NCBI GenBank assembly: GCA_903915545.1
Contig: CAIWTI010000038.1
Span: 1 to 51,715, forward strand
Direction of reading: 5' to 3'
DNA: 51,715 nucleotides
Source: an uncultured Actinomycetes bacterium
GTDB taxonomy: Bacteria > Actinomycetota > Thermoleophilia > Gaiellales > Gaiellaceae
How positions within the stretch are numbered: position 1 is the first letter of the stretch; every line of letters starts with the position of its first letter. The translations under genes were made by a program, and so were the position numbers. The notes below the pieces were generated by a model. It did not search any database, had not been told where the DNA came from, and saw only the letters and a program-made list of their open reading frames with translations. Shown here one piece after another: positions 26,219 through 33,443 of the stretch.

Positions 26219-27341
26219 CGTCGCGCCTGCGTTCGTCGCGGCAGGCGCGTTTCTTCTCTGCTGGGGCCTGATCCACCAGGGCTTTTACGCCGATCGGGTC
26301 CTCACGGACATCCCGACCTATGCGAATTACGGCGCGCAGATGCGGGCGGGCCATGTTCCGTACCGCGACTTCCGGGTCGAGTACCCGCCGGGAGCGCTAC
26401 CGACGTTCGTGGCGCCTGCCTTCTCCGGCGGATACGAGTCGGCGTTCGGGTGGTTGATGGCGGCCTGTGGCGTCGGGATGGTGTTCGTCGTCGCGGCGGG
26501 TACTAGCAGTCGCGCGGCGCTCGCATTCGTTGCCGTGTCGCCGCTCCTCGTTGGATCGCTCGACCCGACGCGGTACGACCTCTGGCCTACGTTTCTGCTG
26601 GCAGCTGCGCTCGTGGCTCTCGCGGCGGCCCGCCACAAGCTCGGCTTCGGCTTACTGGCAGCTGCGACTGCGGCGAAGGCGTTTCCGATCGTCGTTCTGC
26701 CGATCGCGCTCGTGTGGGTGTACCGCCGGAAAGGTGCACGGGCGACACGTCACGGCGCGTTGTTCTTCGTGGGTGTCCTCGCGCTGATCGTTTCACCGTT
26801 CGTTGCGCTTAGCCCGGGCGGCCTCTGGCAGTCGGTCGCGGGGCAGTTCTCGCGACCGCTTCAGATCGAGACGCTTCCCGCGGCCGTCGCGATGTGGCTC
26901 GGTCACCCGGCCGTCGCCAACACCCACGGGTCGTTCAACCTGATCCACCTCGATGCGGTCGCTGCGTGTTTCACGGCTTTCGAGGCCATCGCGCTCGTTG
27001 CGCTCTGGCTGGCGATCACCCGAGGGCCAATCGATCGCGCCCGCTTCCTGCAAGCCTCTGCCGCGAGCGTGGCGATCTTCGTCGCCTTCGGCAAGGTGCT
27101 GTCACCGCAGTATCTGATCTGGCTCGTCCCGCTCGTCGCGCTGCTGTCAGGTCGCCGGGCGATCGTCGCGTGCGGGCTCCTCGCCGGTGCGTTTGCGCTC
27201 ACGCTCGTCTTCTTTCCGCGCAACTACTTTCCGTACGTCGAGCACGGGCAGCTCGCGTGGGTCGTTGTTTTGCGCGACCTCGTGCTCGTCGCGCTGGCGC
27301 TGTCGCTCAGCTTCGGCGCGGCTCAGCGATCGCGCGTCTGA
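26196..27341 (+). CDS. DUF2029 / GT87-like polyprenol-phosphate-sugar-dependent membrane glycosyltransferase
   Basis: 381 aa and polytopic. The N-terminal loop motif HVPYRDFRVEYPPGAL is typical of DUF2029/PimE-like proteins. Confidence 0.7.
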   Translation: MRLRLPANVAPAFVAAGAFLLCWGLIHQGFYADRVLTDIPTYANYGAQMRAGHVPYRDFRVEYPPGALPTFVAPAFSGGYESAFGWLMAACGVGMVFVVAAGTSSRAALAFVAVSPLLVGSLDPTRYDLWPTFLLAAALVALAAARHKLGFGLLAAATAAKAFPIVVLPIALVWVYRRKGARATRHGALFFVGVLALIVSPFVALSPGGLWQSVAGQFSRPLQIETLPAAVAMWLGHPAVANTHGSFNLIHLDAVAACFTAFEAIALVALWLAITRGPIDRARFLQASAASVAIFVAFGKVLSPQYLIWLVPLVALLSGRRAIVACGLLAGAFALTLVFFPRNYFPYVEHGQLAWVVVLRDLVLVALALSLSFGAAQRSRV

Positions 27342-28086
27342 AGAGCTCGCAGCTCGTCGCTCGGCCGTCGTCGCCACACTCGATCACGACGCCTTCGATG
27401 CGGACACCGCCTTCCGCAGGTTCGAGTCGCACTGGCATCCCGCTCGTGAAGCGACGGATCGCGAGCTCGGGGACGCTGCCAATGACCGAGTCGTGCGGGC
27501 CGGTCATGCCGGCATCGGTGATTGCCGCGGTGCCTCCCGCGAGGACGCGCGCGTCGTTTGTCTGCACATGCGTGTGTGTTCCGAGCACGGCCGTCACGCG
27601 TCCGTCGAGGTAGTGCGCGAGGGCGACCTTCTCGCTCGTCGCCTCGGCGTGGAAGTCGACGACGATGATCGAGGTCTCGCGCCTCGCCTCTTCAACGAGC
27701 CGGTCGGCTGCACCGAACGCGTTCTCCCACGGGTCGAGCATCATGCTGCCGAGCAGGTTGATCACGGCGACACCCCGTTGCACCGTCAGGCCGCGTCCGG
27801 GGGAAGCAGGCGACATGTTTGCGGGGCGAATCACCTTGTCGGTGCCCGAGAGGTACGGCGCAAACCCTCGCTGGCCCCACACCCAGTTGCCAAGCGTGAT
27901 CACGTCGGCGCCGGCAGCGAGGATCTTCTCGGCAAGTCGTGCTGTGATGCCGCGACCATCCGCGGCGTTCTCGCCGTTGACGATGCAGAAGTCGATCTCG
28001 AGCTCCTCCTTGATCGTCGGCAGGTGTGCTTCGACTGCACGCCGCCCTGGCGCGCCGAACACGTCGGCAAGAAAGAGGATCCGCAT
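27307..28086 (-). CDS. YmdB-like metallophosphoesterase (TIGR00282 family)
   Basis: 259 aa from internal ATG 28086. It has MRILFLADVFGAPGR, IVNGENAADGRGIT, DFHAEATSEK and GTHTHVQTND. Confidence 0.85.
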   Translation of the reverse strand: MRILFLADVFGAPGRRAVEAHLPTIKEELEIDFCIVNGENAADGRGITARLAEKILAAGADVITLGNWVWGQRGFAPYLSGTDKVIRPANMSPASPGRGLTVQRGVAVINLLGSMMLDPWENAFGAADRLVEEARRETSIIVVDFHAEATSEKVALAHYLDGRVTAVLGTHTHVQTNDARVLAGGTAAITDAGMTGPHDSVIGSVPELAIRRFTSGMPVRLEPAEGGVRIEGVVIECGDDGRATSCELFRRAIAEPRRS

Positions 28087-28111
28087 CGCGCTGCGGACGG
28101 TATCGCAGCGG

Positions 28112-28891
28112 TTACGGAACCTGGAGCGTCGCTGTGGTGTGAACCTCAACGAGCACGTGGTTGCCCGTGTCGTTCGTGTACCGCGCAAGCGCCTGCTTCT
28201 CGACGTGCGAGAGATCGAGAATCGTTCCGAGCTTCGATACCGACGAGAGCACGGCCGACCCGACATGGAGCGACGGATCGACGCCGACGCGCGACACCGA
28301 AACGACGAGTGACGGCGAGCCGTTTGGCTGGATGTCAATGCGCTGACCTGCGACCGAGCCGTTGAGAATCACATCGTTGATGCCAACGATCGTGCCGTCG
28401 ACAGGTGCGTACACATCGGAGCCCGATGCCGCGCCCACAGCGAGCGCCGAGAGCGCCGGGCCGGGCCCGCCACCAAGCGCGAACCAGCGAGGCGAGCCGC
28501 CGCCCCCACCAACGAGCTTGTGAAAGAGCCGTGTGAGCAGCCCGGCGTTCGCCTGCGTTCCGAGCGGTGCGAGGGTCAGCGACCCGTCACTGCCACCGAG
28601 GTAGCCGATCGCTGTCAGGCGTCTCTGGCTGACCGGAAGTTGGAGTCGGAGTCCGCCAAGTCGAGCGATGACCTCGGGCGTCGGTGGCCCAGCCGGCAAC
28701 AGACGCGTTGGGCTCGAAGGAGCTGAGATCGTTTGCGCCGTACCTGCGCCACCGAACGCGCTCACCAGCAAGCCGACCACGGCGATCAGGGAGATCGCGA
28801 GCAGCAAGGCGATGCGGCGGCGGCGGATATCCGCGACTCGGTTGGGGCCGGGCCGTGAAACGCCGCGCCGATGACCGGGGCGCAGCGGCAT
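28112..28891 (-). CDS. Membrane-anchored protein with degenerate LytM/M23-like C-terminal domain
   Basis: I chose the start at ATG 28891 (M96 of the track ORF) because TACGGT (28904-28899) lies 7 nt upstream. It has one TM (IALLLAISLIAVVGLLV). The C-terminal DVYAPVDGTIVGIND...GNHVLVEVH resembles M23, but the HxxxD and HxH metal ligands are missing. Confidence 0.5.
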   Translation of the reverse strand: MPLRPGHRRGVSRPGPNRVADIRRRRIALLLAISLIAVVGLLVSAFGGAGTAQTISAPSSPTRLLPAGPPTPEVIARLGGLRLQLPVSQRRLTAIGYLGGSDGSLTLAPLGTQANAGLLTRLFHKLVGGGGGSPRWFALGGGPGPALSALAVGAASGSDVYAPVDGTIVGINDVILNGSVAGQRIDIQPNGSPSLVVSVSRVGVDPSLHVGSAVLSSVSKLGTILDLSHVEKQALARYTNDTGNHVLVEVHTTATLQVP

Positions 28892-29041
28892 TGGGGTGAC
28901 CGTACCGGACCCCTTCCGGCCGGGCAACCGCGCGTTGTCGTCCCAGGCATCCGGATCGAGAGCGAGTGCACCGTCATCCGCGAACGACCAATCCCAGGCC
29001 GGTGGCCGGTTGTCGCCGAAGCCGCGGGTACGATCGGAAGC

Positions 29042-30238
29042 GTGGAAGCTCCGGCCGGCCAGGTGGACGCTCCTTCCGGGCTCCCGCCTCGCGTTCGCAT
29101 CCCGCGCTGGATTCAGCTCGTGGGGCTGCCGCTCGTGGCGTTCCTCGCGTTCGGGATTGCGCAGACCGTCGGTCACACCGTCGTCCTGTTCGTCGTCGCC
29201 GGGCTGATCGCGCTGTTCCTCGACCCGCTCGTTCGGGCCGTCGAAAAGGTGGGGCTTCGGCGCGGCCTCGCGGTCGCGCTTGTGTACCTGGCGTTTCTCG
29301 CTGCGCTCGTGGTGATCATCGGTGCGCTAGCGACTGTCGTTGTCGGGCAGACAAAGACAGCTGCAAGCCGGTTCAACTCGTATTTCACAGTGGCGAACGG
29401 ACGGACCCACAAGACCGACGCCTCACGCGACGTCGATCGGCTGCAGCGGTGGCTCGACGCGAACCACCTGCGCGGGATTCAGATCGCGAAGCCCGGCCAC
29501 AAGTTCGTCGACTCGATTCGCAAGCGCGACGTCGGGAAATACACCTCACGTGCCGTCAGCTTCGTCGAGGGCGCGGCGATCTCAATCGGCAAGGCGCTCT
29601 TCTCGACGGTGCTCGTGATCGTCGTATCGGTCTACATGCTGCTCGACCTGCGCCGCTTCGGCAAAGCGCTCGATCGGCGCTTCCCACCGCACACGGGGCC
29701 GCCACTCTTACGCCGAGCCGAAGACGCCCTCGTCTCGTATCTGCGAGGCCAGATTTTGCTGAGCCTGATCATGGGCGTCTCCGCCGGGCTGGGCCTCTAT
29801 CTCCTGGGCATCACAGGGCTGCTGCCGGGAGCCGACACCTACGCGCTGCTCTTTGGTGGGTGGGTTGCGGTCACCGAGCTGCTGCCCTACGTCGGCCCCT
29901 GGATCGGTGCGATTCCGCCGCTCATCTTCGCGGCGGTCGTGCATCCCGTTGCGGTGATCTGGGTGGCGATCCTGTTCCTGATCATCCACCAGGTTGAAGG
30001 CCACGTTGTCGTCCCGAACGTGATGGGCAACGCATTGCGCCTACACCCGCTGCTCGTGATCCTTGGGTTGCTTGCGGGGATCGATATCGATGGGCTCGCG
30101 GGGGTGCTGATGGCGCTGCCGCTGCTGGCAGTGGCGCGAGCAACATGGGAGTTCTTTGGCGAGCGTGTCGAATTCGAGCGCTGGCGCAACGGCACGATTC
30201 CGGTCGAAGTCGAGATCGAGCACGTCGCAGGCGACTGA
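29042..30238 (+). CDS. AI-2E family transporter (PerM/UPF0118)
   Basis: Polytopic, with LLPYVGPWIGAIPPLIFA and HQVEGHVVVPNVMG. GTG 29042 is preferred because TACGAT (29029-29034) lies 7 nt upstream; GTG 29063 is also possible. The track start 28871 is over-extended. Confidence 0.8.
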   Translation: MEAPAGQVDAPSGLPPRVRIPRWIQLVGLPLVAFLAFGIAQTVGHTVVLFVVAGLIALFLDPLVRAVEKVGLRRGLAVALVYLAFLAALVVIIGALATVVVGQTKTAASRFNSYFTVANGRTHKTDASRDVDRLQRWLDANHLRGIQIAKPGHKFVDSIRKRDVGKYTSRAVSFVEGAAISIGKALFSTVLVIVVSVYMLLDLRRFGKALDRRFPPHTGPPLLRRAEDALVSYLRGQILLSLIMGVSAGLGLYLLGITGLLPGADTYALLFGGWVAVTELLPYVGPWIGAIPPLIFAAVVHPVAVIWVAILFLIIHQVEGHVVVPNVMGNALRLHPLLVILGLLAGIDIDGLAGVLMALPLLAVARATWEFFGERVEFERWRNGTIPVEVEIEHVAGD

Positions 30239-30289
30239 CCGGTCGGGCTCTCGCCGACCCGCTGCGATCTTCCGTCTACCCTTGAACCC

Positions 30290-31237
30290 ATGACGGAGTT
30301 TCCTGCGATCCGCTTGCGCCGTCTTCGGCGCACACCGGCATTGCGTTCCCTGGTGCGCGAGACGACGCTCTCGCTCGACAACATCGTGATGCCGCTCTTC
30401 GTGGCACCCGAGCCGCTGCACAATGCCCGCCTCCCAGGCATGTCGCGTCATACGATCGACGGGCTGCTCCGTGAATGCGAGGAGCTCGCTCGTCTCGGTG
30501 TTCCCGGAGTGATCCTCTTCGGCATCCCGGAAGACAAGGACGACGAAGGCACGGGCGCGTGGATCGCTGATGGGATCGTGCAGCAGGCCTTGCGTGCGGT
30601 GAAAGCCCGTTTCCCCGATCTGTTGCTGATGACCGACGTGTGCCTATGCGAGTACACGACGCATGGCCATTGCGGTGTGCTGCACGGCAACGAGATCGAC
30701 AACGACGCGTCGCTCGAGCACATCGTGCGTACCGCCGTTTCGCATGTTGAGGCGGGCGCCGACGTCGTCTGCCCGAGCGACATGATGGACGGGCGAGTCG
30801 GAGCGATTCGTGCGGCGCTCCCGGACACGCCGATCATCTCGTACGCCGCCAAATACGCGTCGGCGTTCTATGGGCCATTCCGCGAAGCCGCCGGCTCGAC
30901 GCCCTCGTTCGGCGACCGTCGCACCTACCAAATGGACTTCGGCAACCTGCGCGAGGCGCTGCGTGAGTGCGAGCTCGATATCGCTGAGGGCGCCGACATG
31001 CTCATGGTCAAGCCGGCGCTTGCCTACCTCGACGTTCTCCGTTCGATGCGCGATCGCTTCGATCTGCCGCTCGCCGCGTACAACGTCTCGGGTGAGTACG
31101 CGATGATCCGAGCGGCTGCGGCTGCGGGTGATCTCGACGAGCGAAGCGCGGTGCTCGAGTCGCTCACCGCAATGCGTCGAGCTGGCGCTGACGTGATCTT
31201 CACCTACTGGGCAAAGGAGCTTGCGGCATGGCTGTAG
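30290..31237 (+). CDS. hemB: Porphobilinogen synthase (delta-aminolevulinate dehydratase), Zn-type Cys motif
   Basis: RLRRLRRTPALRSLVRET, DVCLCEYTTHGHCG, MVKPALAYLD and YNVSGEYAM. Confidence 0.95.
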   Translation: MTEFPAIRLRRLRRTPALRSLVRETTLSLDNIVMPLFVAPEPLHNARLPGMSRHTIDGLLRECEELARLGVPGVILFGIPEDKDDEGTGAWIADGIVQQALRAVKARFPDLLLMTDVCLCEYTTHGHCGVLHGNEIDNDASLEHIVRTAVSHVEAGADVVCPSDMMDGRVGAIRAALPDTPIISYAAKYASAFYGPFREAAGSTPSFGDRRTYQMDFGNLREALRECELDIAEGADMLMVKPALAYLDVLRSMRDRFDLPLAAYNVSGEYAMIRAAAAAGDLDERSAVLESLTAMRRAGADVIFTYWAKELAAWL

Positions 31238-32487
31238 GTGGCGGACTTGAACGCAGCGAGCTCTGGCATCGCGCCCAGAAGCTGATCCCTGGCGGTGTGA
31301 ACTCTCCCGTTCGCGCCATGCGCTCGGTTGGCATTCCGGAGCCGCTCTTCGTCGCCCGGGCGAAGGGTGCGTACCTCGAGACAACCGACGGACGTCACCT
31401 GCTCGACTGGGTGCAGTCGTGGGGGCCGCTGCCCTTTGGGCACGCCGACCCCGAGACGATCGAGGTTGTTCGAGAAGCCGCGCTCGATGGCACGACATAC
31501 GGCGCATCGACTGAACGCGAGGTCGATCTTGCGGCCGAGCTTGTCGACGCGCTCCCGTCGGTCGAGCAGGTTCGCCTTGTGTCGTCGGGCACCGAGGCCG
31601 CGATGTCAGCGCTGCGGTTGGCGCGTGGGTTCACCCACCGCGATCGCATTATCAAGTTCGCAGGCTGCTACCACGGCCACGCCGATCCGTTCCTCGCCGC
31701 AGCCGGGTCAGGACTCGCAACGCTCGGGATCCCGGCAAGCCCAGGGGTTCCGACGGCCGTCACGGCCGACACGATCATCGTCGACTACAACGACATCGAC
31801 GCGACAGCCGCGGCTGTTGAGCGGTACGGCGAGGGCCTCGCCGCGATCATCGTTGAGCCCGTCGCCGGCAACATGGGCTGCGTTCCGCCGGCGCCCGGAT
31901 TCCTCGAAGGTCTACGCGCGCTCTGCGATGCGAGCGGTGCGCTGCTGATCTTTGACGAGGTGATCACTGGCTTCCGCGTCGGCCGTAGCGGCGCCCAGGG
32001 TCGGTACGGCGTGACGCCCGATCTGACGATCCTCGGCAAGATCGTCGGTGGCGGCCTGCCGCTTGCTGCCTTCGGCGGGCGTGCCGAGATCATGGGTCGG
32101 CTCGCCCCGGCGGGTGACGTCTATCAAGCCGGAACGCTCTCGGGGAATCCGCTCGCGACAGCAGCAGGACTTTCCGTCCTTCGTCGACTTCGTGATCCTC
32201 AGGTGTACGAAGAGCTCGAGCGCCGGTCGGCACGCCTTGAGGCAGGACTCGCACCCTATGGCCGTGTTCAGCGAGTCGGCGCGATGCTCACGTTCTTCAC
32301 CGGGAGCGATCCCGTCACGCGATTCGTCGAGCTCGACACCGAGCGTTACGCCGAGCTCTTCCGCGGGCTCCTCGACCAAGGTGTGTACCTCGCTCCCAGC
32401 CAGTACGAGTGCATGTTCCCCTCGCTTGCACATGGCGACGAAGAGATCGATCGCACCATCGCGGCGGTCGCCTCGATCGTCGGGTGA
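31228..32487 (+). CDS. hemL: Glutamate-1-semialdehyde 2,1-aminomutase
   Basis: PGGVNSPVRA, FDEVITGFR and LGKIVGGGLP (PLP lysine region). 419 aa. Confidence 0.95.
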   Translation: MAVGGGLERSELWHRAQKLIPGGVNSPVRAMRSVGIPEPLFVARAKGAYLETTDGRHLLDWVQSWGPLPFGHADPETIEVVREAALDGTTYGASTEREVDLAAELVDALPSVEQVRLVSSGTEAAMSALRLARGFTHRDRIIKFAGCYHGHADPFLAAAGSGLATLGIPASPGVPTAVTADTIIVDYNDIDATAAAVERYGEGLAAIIVEPVAGNMGCVPPAPGFLEGLRALCDASGALLIFDEVITGFRVGRSGAQGRYGVTPDLTILGKIVGGGLPLAAFGGRAEIMGRLAPAGDVYQAGTLSGNPLATAAGLSVLRRLRDPQVYEELERRSARLEAGLAPYGRVQRVGAMLTFFTGSDPVTRFVELDTERYAELFRGLLDQGVYLAPSQYECMFPSLAHGDEEIDRTIAAVASIVG

Positions 32488-32825
32488 GCGGCGTGGTTGA
32501 ACCCAGCGAACTGCGCGGGAAGACGGTGCTCGTCGAGGTCACGTGCATCTCGCCGGGGGGAACCGAGATCGACCGCTTTCAGGTGTACGGGGTGATCGAG
32601 CTTGCCTCGGAACTCTCGATCGGTATTCGCCGCAAGGGCATGACCGAGCTCTACGGTCTGCCGCCGCTCTTCCACCGCTTCCGAGCGATCGAAGCCGACG
32701 AGCGTCCGATCTGGCGGCGGACAGAGGAAGAACTCGAAGGCGTCGACTACCTCGTCGACTTCGCGGTCTCCGTGGCCGACGCCGAGATGATGTTGATGGT
32801 TCGGAGTCTTGGGTTTCAGCAGTGA
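32484..32825 (+). CDS. Hypothetical protein (113 aa), translationally coupled to hemL
   Basis: GTG 32484 overlaps the hemL stop (GTGA), in frame with track ORF 32409..32825. GC3 bias is high. I recognise no family. Confidence 0.55.
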   Translation: MSGVVEPSELRGKTVLVEVTCISPGGTEIDRFQVYGVIELASELSIGIRRKGMTELYGLPPLFHRFRAIEADERPIWRRTEEELEGVDYLVDFAVSVADAEMMLMVRSLGFQQ

Positions 32826-33268
32826 CCGCGACGGGCGAAACGATCACGGAGGGCGCGCGGAACGAGAGTCCGCTGTGGGCTGCCTCGCTGCGGCCAGAGC
32901 CCGAGTGGGTGCCAGTGTTTGGCGAGCTCGTGCCCGATGCGATCGCGCTCGGGTTGGAGACGGTGTACGAGGCCTACCTGGTGCACTACGGCCGAGGACG
33001 ACTGTTCGCCCCGGACGACCCTGACGAAGCGGTACTTCTTGGCGACTACCTCTACGCACACGGCCTTGTGCGGATCGCCGATGCGGGTGGCGTAGCCGCT
33101 GTTGCCGTCATGGCCGAGCTCATCGCCACCTGTGCGGCGTTGCGGGCCGCTGGCGAACAGGGCGATGGTGACGCCTGGATCGAAGCGGTGCGAGGACTTG
33201 GCGGCGCTCCCGATGCCGCACAGATCTCCGCCGCGATGAGCCGACACTCCGCTAGAGTCGCCTCGTGA
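32822..33268 (+). CDS. Hypothetical protein (148 aa) resembling the core helices of trans-polyprenyl diphosphate synthases but lacking both DDxxD motifs
   Basis: GTG 32822 overlaps the upstream stop (GTGA). LETVYEAYLVHYGRGRLF...EAVLLGDYLYAHGLVRIADAGGVAAVAVMAELIA parallels VELVHMATLVHDDLVDGARIRRG...GAGDYLFSCAFAELAATGDADAVATLAEASLA of the in-window synthase (38855..39769). Confidence 0.5.
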   Translation: MTATGETITEGARNESPLWAASLRPEPEWVPVFGELVPDAIALGLETVYEAYLVHYGRGRLFAPDDPDEAVLLGDYLYAHGLVRIADAGGVAAVAVMAELIATCAALRAAGEQGDGDAWIEAVRGLGGAPDAAQISAAMSRHSARVAS

Positions 33269-33429
33269 CAATCGGCTCGATCCTCCTTGACGCGGCCACT
33301 GATGGCCGCAACGTGATTCTCGGAATGCTGCTCGTCGGCCTCTTCTTTTTGGCCGCGATCGGGGTCGGTGAGTTCGTGCGTACGTCGAACCATCGTCGCC
33401 ACGAGCGCAAGCGCGCCCGTCCCCTCTAG
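33265..33429 (+). CDS. Micro-ORF (54 aa): single-TM peptide with basic tail
   Basis: Below the track cutoff. GTG 33265 overlaps the upstream stop (GTGA). My translation is MTIGSILLDAATDGRNVILGMLLVGLFFLAAIGVGEFVRTSNHRRHERKRARPL with stop TAG at 33427-33429. By my count 42 of 54 third positions are G/C. Confidence 0.4.
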   Translation: MTIGSILLDAATDGRNVILGMLLVGLFFLAAIGVGEFVRTSNHRRHERKRARPL

Positions 33430-33443
33430 AAAGGCGCGGGCCG

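Noticed and set aside
28871-29176. Apparent 300-bp overlap of two divergent ORFs (28112..29176 minus and 28871..30238 plus).
   Set aside because: It resolves by using internal starts 28891 (minus) and 29042 (plus), each preceded by a TANNNT box at leaderless spacing. This leaves a normal 150-bp divergent promoter region. An alternative GTG or TTG start for the minus gene cannot be fully excluded.
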